A stretch of DNA of 64,000 nt from an uncultured Actinomycetes bacterium (GTDB taxonomy: Bacteria > Actinomycetota > Thermoleophilia > Solirubrobacterales > Solirubrobacteraceae), in contig CAVPYM010000012.1 in assembly GCA_963709935.1 (NCBI GenBank), forward strand, positions 110,761 through 174,760. Reading direction: 5' to 3'. The translations under genes and the position numbers were made by a program. Below the pieces are notes generated by a model. That model was not told where the DNA came from, ran no database searches, and was given only the letters and a program-made list of their open reading frames with translations. Below, piece after piece: positions 1-11,989 of the stretch (its first letter is position 1; the number at the start of each line of letters is the position of its first letter).

Positions 1-1266
1 ATCGGCGTGCGCCCGCGCAAGGTCGTGCGCTGGTCGCTGGGCGACGAGCCCGCCGATCCGTACGCCCACGCCGCCGCCGAGGTCGCCAGCCTGCGCCAGG
101 CGCCGTGGCCGGACATGCCGCCGTTCGCCGGGGGGGCGGTGGGCTACTTCGGCTACGACCTCGTGCGCACGGTCGAGCCGCTGGGCGAGCCCAACCCCGA
201 CCCGGTCGGGCTGCCCGACATGGCGCTCATGCTCTCCGACGTGCTCGTCGTGTTCGACCATCTGCGCCACACGATCAGCGTGCTCGTCAACGTCTACGCC
301 GACGACGACGACGGCACCGGACTCCAGACCGCCTACGCCGACGCCGTCGCCACGATCGCGATGGCCCGCGAGCTGCTCGCCGGCCCGGTGCCGCGGCCGG
401 CGCCGACGCCCGCCCGGCCGCGCCCGCGGTTTGAGTCCAACATGCCGCGCGCGCAGTTCGAGGCCAACGTCGCGCGGATCGTCGAGTACATCCACGCCGG
501 CGACGCCTTCCAGGTCGTGCCCTCGCAGCGCTGGTCGGCGGACCTCGACATCGACCCGTTCTCGGTCTACCGCGGCCTGCGGGTGGTCAACCCGAGCCCG
601 TACATGTACTTCCTGGACTTCCTGGACTTCCAGGTCGCGGGCGCGTCGCCGGAGCCGGTGCTGACCGTCACCGGCCGCCATGTCGCGACGCGGCCGATCG
701 CCGGCACGCGGCCGCGCGGCGCGACGCTCGCCGACGACGAGCGGATCGCCGAGGAGCTGCTCGCCGACGAGAAGGAGCGCGCCGAGCACGTGATGCTGGT
801 CGACCTCGGCCGCAACGACCTCGGCCGGGTCTGCGAGTACGGCAGCGTGAGCGTCGACCGCTTCATGGCCGTCGAGACGTACTCGCACGTCATGCACATC
901 GTCTCCAGCGTGTCGGGCACGCTGCGCGCGGACGTCACCGCGATGGACGCCCTGCGCTCGGTGCTGCCGGCCGGGACGCTGTCGGGCGCGCCGAAGGTCC
1001 GCGCGATGCAGATCATCGACGAGCTCGAGCCGATCAAGCGCGGCGGCTACGGCGGCGCGATCGGCTACCTCGCCTACACCGGCGACCTCGACACCGCCAT
1101 CCACATCCGCACGGTCGTCATGAAGGACGGGCGCGCGCACGTGCAGGCGGGCGGTGGCACCGTGGCGGACGCCGTTCCGGCCTACGAGTTCGCCGAGTCC
1201 GAGGCGAAGGCGGGAGCGGTGCTGCGCGCGGTCGAGCTCGCCTCCCAGCAGCCGGACTGGCCATGA
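1..1266 (+). CDS. trpE: anthranilate synthase component I (5' end cut by window edge)
   Basis: Frame 1 is open from base 1. TrpE motifs 'GGAVGYFGYD', 'LSGAPKVRAMQIIDELE', 'RGGYGGAIGY'. Followed by trpG with an ATGA overlap. Confidence 0.95.
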   Translation: MGVRPRKVVRWSLGDEPADPYAHAAAEVASLRQAPWPDMPPFAGGAVGYFGYDLVRTVEPLGEPNPDPVGLPDMALMLSDVLVVFDHLRHTISVLVNVYADDDDGTGLQTAYADAVATIAMARELLAGPVPRPAPTPARPRPRFESNMPRAQFEANVARIVEYIHAGDAFQVVPSQRWSADLDIDPFSVYRGLRVVNPSPYMYFLDFLDFQVAGASPEPVLTVTGRHVATRPIAGTRPRGATLADDERIAEELLADEKERAEHVMLVDLGRNDLGRVCEYGSVSVDRFMAVETYSHVMHIVSSVSGTLRADVTAMDALRSVLPAGTLSGAPKVRAMQIIDELEPIKRGGYGGAIGYLAYTGDLDTAIHIRTVVMKDGRAHVQAGGGTVADAVPAYEFAESEAKAGAVLRAVELASQQPDWP

Positions 1267-1829
1267 CCTCCGTCCTCGTCGTCGACAACTACGACTCGTT
1301 CACGTACAACCTCGTCCAGTTCCTGGGGGAGATGGGCGCCGAGCTGGACATCGTGCGCAACGACGTGGCCAGCGTCGACGAGCTGCTCGAACGCCAGCCC
1401 GACCGCGTCGTCGTCTCGCCCGGCCCCTGCACGCCCAGCCAGGCCGGCATCTCGGTGGCGTCGATGCGGCGCTTCCCGGAGGCCGGCATCCCGACGCTGG
1501 GCGTCTGCCTCGGCCACCAGTCGCTGGCTCAGGCGTTCGGCGGCGTCGTCATCCGCGGCGAGCCGATCCACGGCAAGACGAGCGAGATCACGCACGACGG
1601 GCGCACGATCTTCGCCGGCCTGTCGCCGACCCTGACCGTCGGGCGCTACCACTCGCTCGTCGTCGATCCCGACCGCCTGCCCGACGCGTTGGAGATCTCC
1701 GCGCAGGGCGACGGCGTCCTCATGGGCCTGCGTCACCGCGAGCTGCCCGCAGAGGGCGTGCAGTTTCATCCCGAATCGGTGCTGACCGACGAGGGCAAGG
1801 CGCTGCTGCGCAACTTCCTCGACGGCTGA
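1263..1829 (+). CDS. trpG: anthranilate synthase component II (glutamine amidotransferase)
   Basis: 188 aa with class-I GATase motifs 'GVCLGHQ' and 'VQFHPES'. Start overlaps the trpE stop. Confidence 0.95.
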   Translation: MTSVLVVDNYDSFTYNLVQFLGEMGAELDIVRNDVASVDELLERQPDRVVVSPGPCTPSQAGISVASMRRFPEAGIPTLGVCLGHQSLAQAFGGVVIRGEPIHGKTSEITHDGRTIFAGLSPTLTVGRYHSLVVDPDRLPDALEISAQGDGVLMGLRHRELPAEGVQFHPESVLTDEGKALLRNFLDG

Positions 1830-1860
1830 CGGCGGCGCCCGGCGGCCTACCCTGAGCGCG

Positions 1861-2877
1861 ATGAGCGTTCCTCTCTCGGTCCTCGATCTCGCGCCGGTCG
1901 GCGCCGGCCGCAGCGCGGGCGACGCGCTCGCCGGCACGACGCGCCTGGCCCAGCGCGCCGACGAGCTCGGCTACACCCGCTTCTGGGTGGCCGAGCACCA
2001 CAACATCCCCTCGGTGGCGTCGACCGCGCCCGAGGTGCTGATCGCCCACATCGCCGCGAACACGCAGCGCATCCGCGTGGGCTCGGGCGGCGTCATGCTG
2101 CCCAACCACGCGCCGCTGGCCGTCGCCGAGCGCTTCGGCATGCTCGAGGCGCTGCACCCCCACCGCATCGACCTCGGCCTCGGCCGCGCGCCCGGGACCG
2201 ACCAGCGCACCGCGCTGGCACTGCGCAGCACGTCGCCGGAGCGCTTCGAGGAGCAGCTCGCGCAGCTGCGCGGCCATCTCGGCAACGGCTACGGCGCCAT
2301 GCGCGCGGTGGCCGGCGAGCACACCGTGCCCGAGCTGTGGATGCTCGGCTCCACCGACGGCGGCGCGCGGATCGCCGCGCAGCTCGGGCTGCCGTTCGTC
2401 TTCGCCCACCACTTCCATCCGCACTTCACCGAGCCGGCGCTCGAGCTCTACCGCGGGCGGTTCGAGCCGTCGGAGCTGCTCTGCGCGCCGCGGGTGATCG
2501 TCGCGGCGGGGATCGTCGTCGGCGACGACGACGAGGACGCGCTGCGCCGCGCGCTGCCCGGCGGCGTCTCGATGCTGCGCCTGCGCCAGGGCCGGCCCGC
2601 CCCGATCCCGAGCGTGGAGGACGCCGAGGCGCTCGTCCGGCAGCTGGGGGAGAGCGAGCTGGCGGTGGTCCAGGACGCGATCGGCCGGGCGATCATCGGC
2701 GGCCCGCAGACGGTCCACGCCGAGCTGCTGGACCTCGTCGAGCGGACCGGCACCGACGAGCTCATGCTGGTCTCGCAGGTCGTCGACGCCGACCGGCGCA
2801 TCGCGGGCCTGGAGCGGGTCGCCCGCGCGTTCGACCTCGCACCGGCCGATCAGGCCCTCTCTCCGGCGGATGTCTAG
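1861..2877 (+). CDS. LLM-class (luciferase-like) flavin-dependent oxidoreductase
   Basis: N-terminus 'LSVLDLAPV...[13 protein letters not shown]...' is typical of luciferase-family group-1 oxidoreductases. 338 aa. Confidence 0.85.
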   Translation: MSVPLSVLDLAPVGAGRSAGDALAGTTRLAQRADELGYTRFWVAEHHNIPSVASTAPEVLIAHIAANTQRIRVGSGGVMLPNHAPLAVAERFGMLEALHPHRIDLGLGRAPGTDQRTALALRSTSPERFEEQLAQLRGHLGNGYGAMRAVAGEHTVPELWMLGSTDGGARIAAQLGLPFVFAHHFHPHFTEPALELYRGRFEPSELLCAPRVIVAAGIVVGDDDEDALRRALPGGVSMLRLRQGRPAPIPSVEDAEALVRQLGESELAVVQDAIGRAIIGGPQTVHAELLDLVERTGTDELMLVSQVVDADRRIAGLERVARAFDLAPADQALSPADV

Positions 2878-2923
2878 CGTCGTCCAGCCGGTGGCGGGAC
2901 GTGGCTGGCCAACGCCCTAAGGG

Positions 2924-3547
2924 TCAGTACCGCGGGCGGTCCTCGGGGTGGACGGGGCGGCCCTGCTCGTCGTAGTAGGCGGCGCGATCGTTCTCGGCGA
3001 CGGGCGTGCCGTCCTCGTAGACCGCCGGCCGGTCGTTGTCGGAGACGGGCGGCTCGTCGACGTGGACCGGCCGGCCCATCGCGTCGATCGTCCGGCCGTC
3101 CCTGCCCTCGTAGACCCCCTGATCATCCTGCTGGTAAGCCGGGTCCGAGGCGCCGTCCTGGTACACCGGGCGGCCCGCCTCGTCGTAGGCCGGCGGTGCG
3201 CTGTAGGCGTCGGCCGATGCCGAGCGGCCCGTGAAGCCGCGCCCGCCCGCCTCGGACTCCAGCGCCGACGCCTGCTGGGCATGCAGCTCGGCTGCGACAC
3301 GGTTGGCCTGGGCCTGCAGGTGCAGCTCGGCTTGGGCGGCCTCGTGCGGGTCGGTGGCCTGCGCATGACGCTCGACCGCCTCGGCCATCGGGTCGTTCCG
3401 GGAGGCGCGGGCCGCGCCGCGGCGGCCGCGCAGTTCGGGGCCCTTCCCGCCTCCGGACAGGCCGGGACCGGCGTTGCGGGAGCGCATCCACATGAACGCG
3501 GCTGCGGCGATGACGGCGAGGACGATGAGGACGAGAAGGATCTCCAT
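2924..3547 (-). CDS. membrane-anchored hypothetical protein with reiterated GRPV motifs
   Basis: ORF 2924..3622 trimmed to the internal ATG that begins a TM helix 'MEILLVLIVLAVIAAAAFMWM'. The C-terminal half carries repeated 'Y(D/E)xxGRPV(Y/H)' motifs. No family recognised. Confidence 0.5.
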   Translation of the reverse strand: MEILLVLIVLAVIAAAAFMWMRSRNAGPGLSGGGKGPELRGRRGAARASRNDPMAEAVERHAQATDPHEAAQAELHLQAQANRVAAELHAQQASALESEAGGRGFTGRSASADAYSAPPAYDEAGRPVYQDGASDPAYQQDDQGVYEGRDGRTIDAMGRPVHVDEPPVSDNDRPAVYEDGTPVAENDRAAYYDEQGRPVHPEDRPRY

Positions 3548-3638
3548 GCCAGCTTGGTACCCCGGTGCCCGAATGCGGAACCCGCACGGACGGACGTCTC
3601 CGCTGCGCGACGGCGCGCCCACCCCGCCGCCCGCGACC

Positions 3639-3644
3639 TAGAAT
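3639..3644 (+). promoter_or_regulatory. candidate -10 hexamer TAGAAT, 6 nt upstream of GTG 3651 (leaderless configuration)
   Basis: TAGAAT-cccagc-GTG with no Shine-Dalgarno in between. TANNNT placed 6-7 nt before the start is the actinobacterial leaderless pattern. Confidence 0.4.
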
Positions 3645-3650
3645 CCCAGC

Positions 3651-4307
3651 GTGAGCGACCGCCAGCCGATGACCCGCACGTACCGCGTCGCGCTCGGCAT
3701 CTGCGTGCCGACCGTGCGGTGGTGGGGCCGCCTGCAGGTCGAGGGCGTCGAGCACATCCCCGCCGAGGGCCCGCTGCTGATCGTCGGCAACCACGACTCC
3801 TACTGGGATCCGGTGGTCATCGGCATCGGCGCGATCGAGCGCCGCCAGATCCGGGCGCTGTCGAAATCCTCATTGTGGAAGGTGAAGGGCCTCAACAAGG
3901 TGCTCGACGGCATGGGGCAGATCCCGATCGAGCGCGGCAGCGGCGACGCCGGCGCCCTGGATCGCGCGATCGCCGAGCTGCGCGGCGGCAGCTGCATCGG
4001 GATCTTCCCGGAGGGAACGCGCAGCCTCGGCCGCGAGCTGCGCCCGCGCAGCGGGTTCGGCCGCCTCGTCGCCGCGGTGCCCGAGGCGGTGGTGGTGCCG
4101 GTCGCCGTGACCGGCTCGGTCGACATCACGCGCCCGTTGCGCCGCCCGCGCCTGCACGTCCGGTTCCTCCCCCCGGCGGAGGGGCTGCGCGAGGGCGAGA
4201 CGCCCGGCGAGCACTCCGCGCGGGTCGTCAAGCAGATCCGCCGGCTGGCCCCGATCGCGATCGCCGGCCGCAAGCACCGCAAGCTCGCCGCCCGCACACC
4301 CGAATGA
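3651..4307 (+). CDS. lysophospholipid (1-acyl-sn-glycerol-3-phosphate) acyltransferase family protein
   Basis: Motifs 'GNHDSYWDP' (HX4D) and 'FPEGTRS' of PlsC-type acyltransferases. Confidence 0.85.
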   Translation: MSDRQPMTRTYRVALGICVPTVRWWGRLQVEGVEHIPAEGPLLIVGNHDSYWDPVVIGIGAIERRQIRALSKSSLWKVKGLNKVLDGMGQIPIERGSGDAGALDRAIAELRGGSCIGIFPEGTRSLGRELRPRSGFGRLVAAVPEAVVVPVAVTGSVDITRPLRRPRLHVRFLPPAEGLREGETPGEHSARVVKQIRRLAPIAIAGRKHRKLAARTPE

Positions 4308-4328
4308 CCCACTAGGCTGCGCGCCCTG

Positions 4329-5371
<1,043 letters not shown>

Positions 5372-5375
<4 letters not shown>

Positions 5376-6175
5376 ACGTGCTCGAGCGCATCGTCGCCTC
5401 CACGCGGGAGGACGTCCGCCGCCGGCGCGAGGAGGTGCCCTTATCGACGCTGCAATCAGCGCTCGCCGGGCGCGGCGACGACCGCCCGTTCTCCGAGGCG
5501 CTGACGCTGCCGGGGATCTCGGTCATCGCCGAGCACAAGCGCCGCTCGCCGTCGGCCGGCACGATCCGCGAGGGCGCCACGGTCGCCGAGGTCGTCCTGG
5601 CCTACGAGCGCGGCGGCGCGGCGGCGATCTCGATCCTCACCGAGGGCAGGCATTTCGGCGGCTCCCTCGACGACCTGCGCGAGGCCCGCGCGGCCTGCCC
5701 GCTGCCGATCCTGCGCAAGGACTTCATCGTCGACCGCTACCAGGTCTACGAGTCCGCGGCGGCGGGCGCCGACGCGATCCTGCTGATCGTCGCCGCGCTC
5801 GACGCCAAGGCGCTGACCGCGCTCTACGCCGAGGCGCGCACGCTCGACCTCGACGTGCTCGTCGAGGTTCACGACGAGGACGAGCTCGAGTGCGCGCTCG
5901 AGCAGATCGACGCCGACGTGATCGGGATCAACAACCGCAACCTCGCGGACTTCAGCGTCGACATCGAGCGCACGTTCGAGCTGCTGGCCGACATCCCGGC
6001 CGGCAAGACCGTGGTGTCGGAGTCGGGCTTTCACTCGCGCGAGCAGCTCGACGCGCTCGAGCGGGTCGGGGTCGACGGCGTGCTCGTCGGCGAGTCGCTC
6101 ATGCGCGCGCCCGACCCGCAGGCCGCGCTGCGCGCGCTGACCGGTGCCGACGAGACCGGCGAGATCCCGCGTTAG
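5372..6175 (+). CDS. trpC: indole-3-glycerol-phosphate synthase
   Basis: Motifs 'VIAEHKRRSPS', 'ILRKDFIVD', 'IGINNRNL'. Start overlaps the trpD stop. Confidence 0.95.
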
Positions 6176-6196
6176 TTGTCATGGCCGCTCGGCCAC

Positions 6197-6402
6197 CCGC
6201 GGCGAGTGAAATGCTGCATGCTTTGGGCGTCGCCTGTTGACGCCGGTTTCGCCTTGGTGCCTGCGAGCCCGATGTTAGTTTGGCGTGGGAGCCTCCCCGG
6301 TACCCCGGACTGTGCCCTTGAGCACGACCATCAGACTCGTTGTTCTCAGGGGGCTCTCCTGGCGATCAAGACGCGTTATTGATCGACGGGGAGGAGGGTG
6401 TG
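6197..6402 (+). ncRNA. candidate bridge-type guide ncRNA in the IS110 left end (hypothesis)
   Basis: Non-coding ~200 nt immediately upstream of the IS110 recombinase, the position where IS110-group elements encode their bispecific bridge RNA. Structure was not verified here. Confidence 0.3.
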
Positions 6403-7665
6403 ATGCAGCAGGTGTTCGATCGGCTCCATGAACGGGTTGCGGGGCTCGATGTCCACAAGGCGCAGGTGACCGCAGCGGTCAGGGTGCCCGACGGCGAGCG
6501 CGGCCGTTTGCAGGACGTTGCGGAGTTCGCGACGACCGTTCGGGGGCTGCTGGGGTTGCGCGATTGGCTGGCGGCGCACGGGGTCACGCATCTGGCGATG
6601 GAGGCCACCGGCGTGTATTGGCGGCCGGTGTGGGCGATCCTTGAGGATCACTTCGAGTGCGTCCTGGTCAACGCGCGTCACGTCAAGCAGGTCCCGGGCC
6701 GCAAGACCGATGTCGGTGACGCGGCGTGGCTGGCGCAGTTGCTGGAGGCCGGGCTGTTGCGCGCGAGTCTCGTGCCGCCCAAGCCGATCCGCATGCTGCG
6801 AAACCTCACCAGGTATCGCAAGACGCAGATCGAGGAGCGCCAGCGCGAGGCCAACCGGCTGCACAAGATCCTGGAGGACACGGGCATCAAGCTGGACTGC
6901 GTCGCGTCGGACATCCTCGGGGTGTCGGGTCGCGCGATGCTCGACGCGCTCGTTGCCGGGACGACGGACCCGACCGTCCTCGCGGAACTGGCGAAGGGAC
7001 GGCTGCGCGCGAAGCTGCCGGCGCTCAGGGAGGCGCTGGAGGGCCGCTTTGACGTCGAGCACGCGCTGATCGTCTCGGCGATCCTCGCGCACCTCGATTT
7101 CCTCGACGAGCAGATCGACCGGCTGTCTGACGCGATCGGAGAGCAACTGGGCCCTTTCGCCAAAGCGGTTGAGCTGCTGTGCACGATCCCCGGCGTGCAG
7201 CAGCGAACCGCGGAGGTCATCATCGCCGAGACCGGCGGCGACATGTCCGTCTTCCCGAGCGCACGGCACCTCGCGTCATGGGCCGGCGCCTGCCCGGGCA
7301 ACGACGAGTCCGCGGGCAAGCGCCGCTCCGGGCGCACGCGCAAGGGATCGCGCTGGCTGGGGATCGCGCTGACCGAAGCGGCGCTCGCGTCGACGCGCAC
7401 GAAGGACACCTACCTCGCCGCGCAATACCGCCGCCTACGGCCGCGCCGCGGCCACAAACGCGCCCTGGGCGCGGTCAAGCACTCGATCCTCGTCGCCGCC
7501 TGGCACATGCTCAGCACCGGCGAGCTGTACCGCGAGCCCGGCGGCGACTACTTCGAGCGCCGTCGCGACCCCGAGCGCGAGGCCAAGCGCCTCATCGCTC
7601 AGCTGCAACGACTCGGACACAACGTCACCCTGGAGCCCGCGTCCTCGAGGCCGGCCGCTGCTTGA
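6403..7665 (+). CDS. IS110-family transposase (DEDD recombinase)
   Basis: 'VAGLDVHKAQVTAAV' N-terminal DEDD region and a C-terminal 'IPGV...SARHLASWAGACPGNDESAGKRRS' IS116/IS110/IS902 domain. SD GGAGGAGGG lies before ATG 6403. Confidence 0.9.
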   Translation: MQQVFDRLHERVAGLDVHKAQVTAAVRVPDGERGRLQDVAEFATTVRGLLGLRDWLAAHGVTHLAMEATGVYWRPVWAILEDHFECVLVNARHVKQVPGRKTDVGDAAWLAQLLEAGLLRASLVPPKPIRMLRNLTRYRKTQIEERQREANRLHKILEDTGIKLDCVASDILGVSGRAMLDALVAGTTDPTVLAELAKGRLRAKLPALREALEGRFDVEHALIVSAILAHLDFLDEQIDRLSDAIGEQLGPFAKAVELLCTIPGVQQRTAEVIIAETGGDMSVFPSARHLASWAGACPGNDESAGKRRSGRTRKGSRWLGIALTEAALASTRTKDTYLAAQYRRLRPRRGHKRALGAVKHSILVAAWHMLSTGELYREPGGDYFERRRDPEREAKRLIAQLQRLGHNVTLEPASSRPAAA

Positions 7666-7728
7666 CCCCAACCCTATTTCCCATCAGGCCACGCGGCCGT
7701 CCGACCGCCCGCTCTACAGTTGGGCGGG

Positions 7729-8417
7729 ATGGCGACGCGCATCAAGCACTGCGGGATCACGACCGTCGAGGACGCCCACCGCGCCGCCGAGGCGGGCGCC
7801 TGGGCGCTGGGGATGATCTTCTGGGCCGGCTCGCCGCGGCGCTGCGACCTCGACGAGGCGCAGCTCATCGGCACGGCGCTGCGGCGCACGTTGAACCTCG
7901 TCGGCGTGTTCGTCAACGCGCGCCTGGAGGAGATCGACCTCGCCGTCCAGACGGCCGGGCTGTCGCACGTGCAGCTGCACGGCGACGAGGGGCCCGTGTT
8001 CTGCAGCGAGGTGGCGCGCCGCAGCGGCGCGAAGATCATCAAGGCCGTCCGCGTGCAGTCGCGCGCGACGCTGCAGGCGGCCGCCGCCTTCCACACCGAC
8101 TTCCTGCTGCTCGACGCGCACGTCGAGGGCGTGCCCGGCGGCACCGGCCGCACGATGGACTGGGAGCTCGTGCGCGGCGCGAAGCTCGTCTCGCCGGTCA
8201 TCCTCAGCGGCGGCCTGAACCCCGGCAACGTCGCCGCCGCGATCGCCGCGACCGAGCCGTTCGCCGTCGACGTGGCCAGCGGCACCGAGTCCGCCCCCGG
8301 GGTCAAGGATCCCGCCAAGCTGCAGGCCCTCCACGAGGCCGTCCGGAGCACGGAGGGCGCCGCATCCGCCGCTGAGGGCGCGGCCGTGAGCGCCGCCCCG
8401 GCGGGAGGATCCGCATC

Positions 8418-8421
<4 letters not shown>
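7729..8421 (+). CDS. trpF: phosphoribosylanthranilate isomerase
   Basis: '[11 protein letters not shown]...' and 'VQLHGDE' motifs. An alternative upstream start exists at 7720. Stop overlaps the trpB start. Confidence 0.9.
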
Positions 8422-9621
<1,200 letters not shown>

Positions 9622-9629
<8 letters not shown>

Positions 9630-10449
9630 GCCCGCGCGCGACCGCGTCCCGGCCGTGCCGCAGACCGGCGAGGACCGCATCGCCGCCGCCTTCGCCCTGC
9701 GCCGCGGCCGCGCCGCCCTGATGCCGTACCTCATGGGCGGCTTTCCCGACATGGCGACCTCGCGCGCGATCGGCGAGGCCTACGCGGCCAACGGCGCGGA
9801 CCTCGTCGAGCTCGGCGTGCCCTACTCCGACCCGCTCGCCGACGGCCCCACGATCCACGCCGCCGGCACGACCGCGCTGCGCAACGGCGCGACGATCGGG
9901 GGCGTGCTGGAGATCGGCGAGACGCTCGCGCGGCGCGTCCCGGTGGTGCTCATGTGCTACGTCAACCTCGTGCTCGCGCCGGGCGCCGACGCGTTCGTCA
10001 GGCGCCTGCACGAGGCGGGGATCAGCGGCCTGATCGTGCCCGACCTGCCGATGGGCGAGGAGCCGGCGATCACCGCTGCCTGCGCCGAGCACGGCGTGGC
10101 GCTGGTGCCGCTCGTCGCGCCGACGACCACCGACGAGCGCCTCGCATCGATCGGCGCCCAGGCGCGCGGCTTTATCTACACGGTGTCCGTGACCGGCACC
10201 ACCGGCGAGCGCGGCAGCCGCGAGGCGGACTTCGCCGCGCTGCTCGGGCGCGTCAAGCGCCACACCGAGATGCCCGTCGCGCTCGGCTTCGGCATCGCGA
10301 CGCCGCAGCACGCCGCCGAGGCGGCCCGCGCCGGGGCCGACGGCGTCATCGTCGGCACGCGGCTCGTGCGTGCCGCGGCGGAGGCCGACGACCCGGCCGC
10401 CGCCACCGGCGCGCTCGTAGCGAAGCTCGCCGCCGGGCTCATCCGTTAG
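9622..10449 (+). CDS. trpA: tryptophan synthase alpha chain
   Basis: '[16 protein letters not shown]' and 'GFGI' motifs. Overlaps the trpB end. Confidence 0.95.
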
Positions 10450-10461
10450 TCTGGCGCCGCA

Positions 10462-10632
10462 ATGGGTCTCGTCATCGCCACCGCCGTTGGTCTCGTCGCC
10501 TGGATCGTCCTCTGGGCGATCGGCTGGAAGTCGCTGGACGCCTTCCTGGTCACCATCGTGATCGTCACGATGGGCGCGACGGCCAGGATCCTCACCCCGT
10601 ACCTGCCGGGTCGTCCACAGCAGGACCTCTAG
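10462..10632 (+). CDS. small two-helix membrane protein (56 aa, below the ORF-track cutoff)
   Basis: The ATG at 10462 opens 'MGLVIATAVGLVAWIVLWAIGWKSLDAFLVTIVIVTMGATARILTPYLPGRPQQDL'. Hydrophobic, with G/C-rich third positions. Confidence 0.35.
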   Translation: MGLVIATAVGLVAWIVLWAIGWKSLDAFLVTIVIVTMGATARILTPYLPGRPQQDL

Positions 10633-10639
10633 GGGGCCG

Positions 10640-11881
10640 ATGCCCCGCAGGCTCCGGGCGGCCATCGCCTGCATCCTCGGCGTACTCGTGCTGGGGGCCG
10701 CCGCGACCGGCTGCGGCGGCGACGACAAGCGCAGCGCGGTCAAGAGCGGCCCGGACACCCTCACGATCTACTCGAGCCTGCCGCTCCAGGGCCCCGACCG
10801 CACCCGGGCGCGGGACATGGTCAACGCGATCAAGCTCGCCCTGCAGGAGGTCGGCGGCAAGGTCGGCCCGTTCACCATCACCTACGTCTCGCTGGACGCG
10901 GCGAAGCCGGGGGCCACGACCTGGACCGGCGACAAGGTGCTCGACAACGCCCGCCAGGCCGTCCGCGACCTCAACGCGATCGCCTACATCGGCGATCGCG
11001 ACTCCGCCGCCACCGCGCTGTCGGTCCCTTTGACCAACGAGGGCAACATCCTGCAGGTCAGCCCGTCGAGCACGTACGACGGGCTCACCCGCGCCAGCCG
11101 CCGCCAGGGCGAGCCCGACCGCTTCTACCCGTCGGGTGAGCGCACGTTCGGCCGCGTCGTGCCCGCCGACCATGTGCAGGCCTCGGCGCTGATCGGCTAC
11201 ATGAAGGTGCTGGGCGCGCGCAGCCTTGCGCTGCTCGCCGACCGCGCGATCTACGGCGGCGGGCTGGCCGACGAGGTCGAGAAGGCCGCCGCGCGGCAGG
11301 GCATCGAGGTCTTCGACCGCGGGCACATCGACGCGCTCGAGGACGACCTCTCGGGCCCCGCGCGCACGGTCGCCGAGACCGGCGCCGACGCGTTCCTGTT
11401 CGCGGGAACGACCGACACCGGTGCGGCCGGGATCTTCAAGGCCGTCGCCGCGGCGGCGCCGAGCATGCAGCTGTTCGGGCCCGCCGCCGTCGCCGACCAC
11501 GCCTTCGCCGACGCGCTGCCCGCGTCCGTCCAGCGCCGCATGCACGTGACCACGTCGGCGCTGCCGCCGCGCTTGCTGCCGGCCGCGGCGCGCACGTTCC
11601 GCGACCGCTTCCGCAAGACGTTCGGCCGGCAGCCCGCGCCGGAGGCCCTGCAGGCCTACGAGGCCGCCGGCGCCGTGCTGCATTCGATCCGGGCGGCGGG
11701 CGAGCAGGGCAACGACCGCCGCGCCGTCACGAAGGCGTTCTTCGCGATCCGCGATCGCGAGTCCGTGCTCGGCCGCTACTCGATCGACCGCTTCGGCGAC
11801 ACCAGCCTCGCGCGATACGCCGGAAACCGTGTCAGCGGTTCGGAGTTCGTGCTCGACAAGCTGCTCGAGGTGCGCCGCTGA
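10640..11881 (+). CDS. ABC transporter substrate-binding lipoprotein (LivJ/branched-chain amino-acid type)
   Basis: Lipobox 'LGAAATGCGG'. Type-I periplasmic binding fold features 'LTIYSSLPLQG' and 'ILQVSPSSTY'. Confidence 0.85.
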   Translation: MPRRLRAAIACILGVLVLGAAATGCGGDDKRSAVKSGPDTLTIYSSLPLQGPDRTRARDMVNAIKLALQEVGGKVGPFTITYVSLDAAKPGATTWTGDKVLDNARQAVRDLNAIAYIGDRDSAATALSVPLTNEGNILQVSPSSTYDGLTRASRRQGEPDRFYPSGERTFGRVVPADHVQASALIGYMKVLGARSLALLADRAIYGGGLADEVEKAAARQGIEVFDRGHIDALEDDLSGPARTVAETGADAFLFAGTTDTGAAGIFKAVAAAAPSMQLFGPAAVADHAFADALPASVQRRMHVTTSALPPRLLPAAARTFRDRFRKTFGRQPAPEALQAYEAAGAVLHSIRAAGEQGNDRRAVTKAFFAIRDRESVLGRYSIDRFGDTSLARYAGNRVSGSEFVLDKLLEVRR

Positions 11882-11989
11882 CGCCTGGTGGGCCGGTCTG
11901 CACGCCTGCGACCAAACCGCACAAACTCGCGCTGAACACGTGTACGATCGGCGCGCTTCAGTTTCAGCTCCACCGAGGAGGGACCCATC

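Larger units (their letters stand above)
6197..7692 (+). mobile_element. IS110-family insertion sequence between trpC and trpF (ends approximate)
   Basis: Transposase ORF with a long (~200 nt) visibly less GC-rich 5' non-coding end and a very short 3' end, and no terminal inverted repeats, as is typical of IS110. The hexamer GGCCAC occurs at both putative junctions (6191-6196 and 7687-7692). Confidence 0.6.

Noticed and set aside
1-60. A trp leader peptide, attenuator or T-box control of the operon.
   Set aside because: The window begins inside trpE, so the regulatory region is not available. Nothing can be said about it.
6176-6382. Track ORF 6176..6382(+) (68 aa) in the IS110 left end.
   Set aside because: It lies in the non-coding end typical of IS110 elements, shows poor codon bias, and has no SD. 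The region is better explained as ncRNA/promoter sequence.
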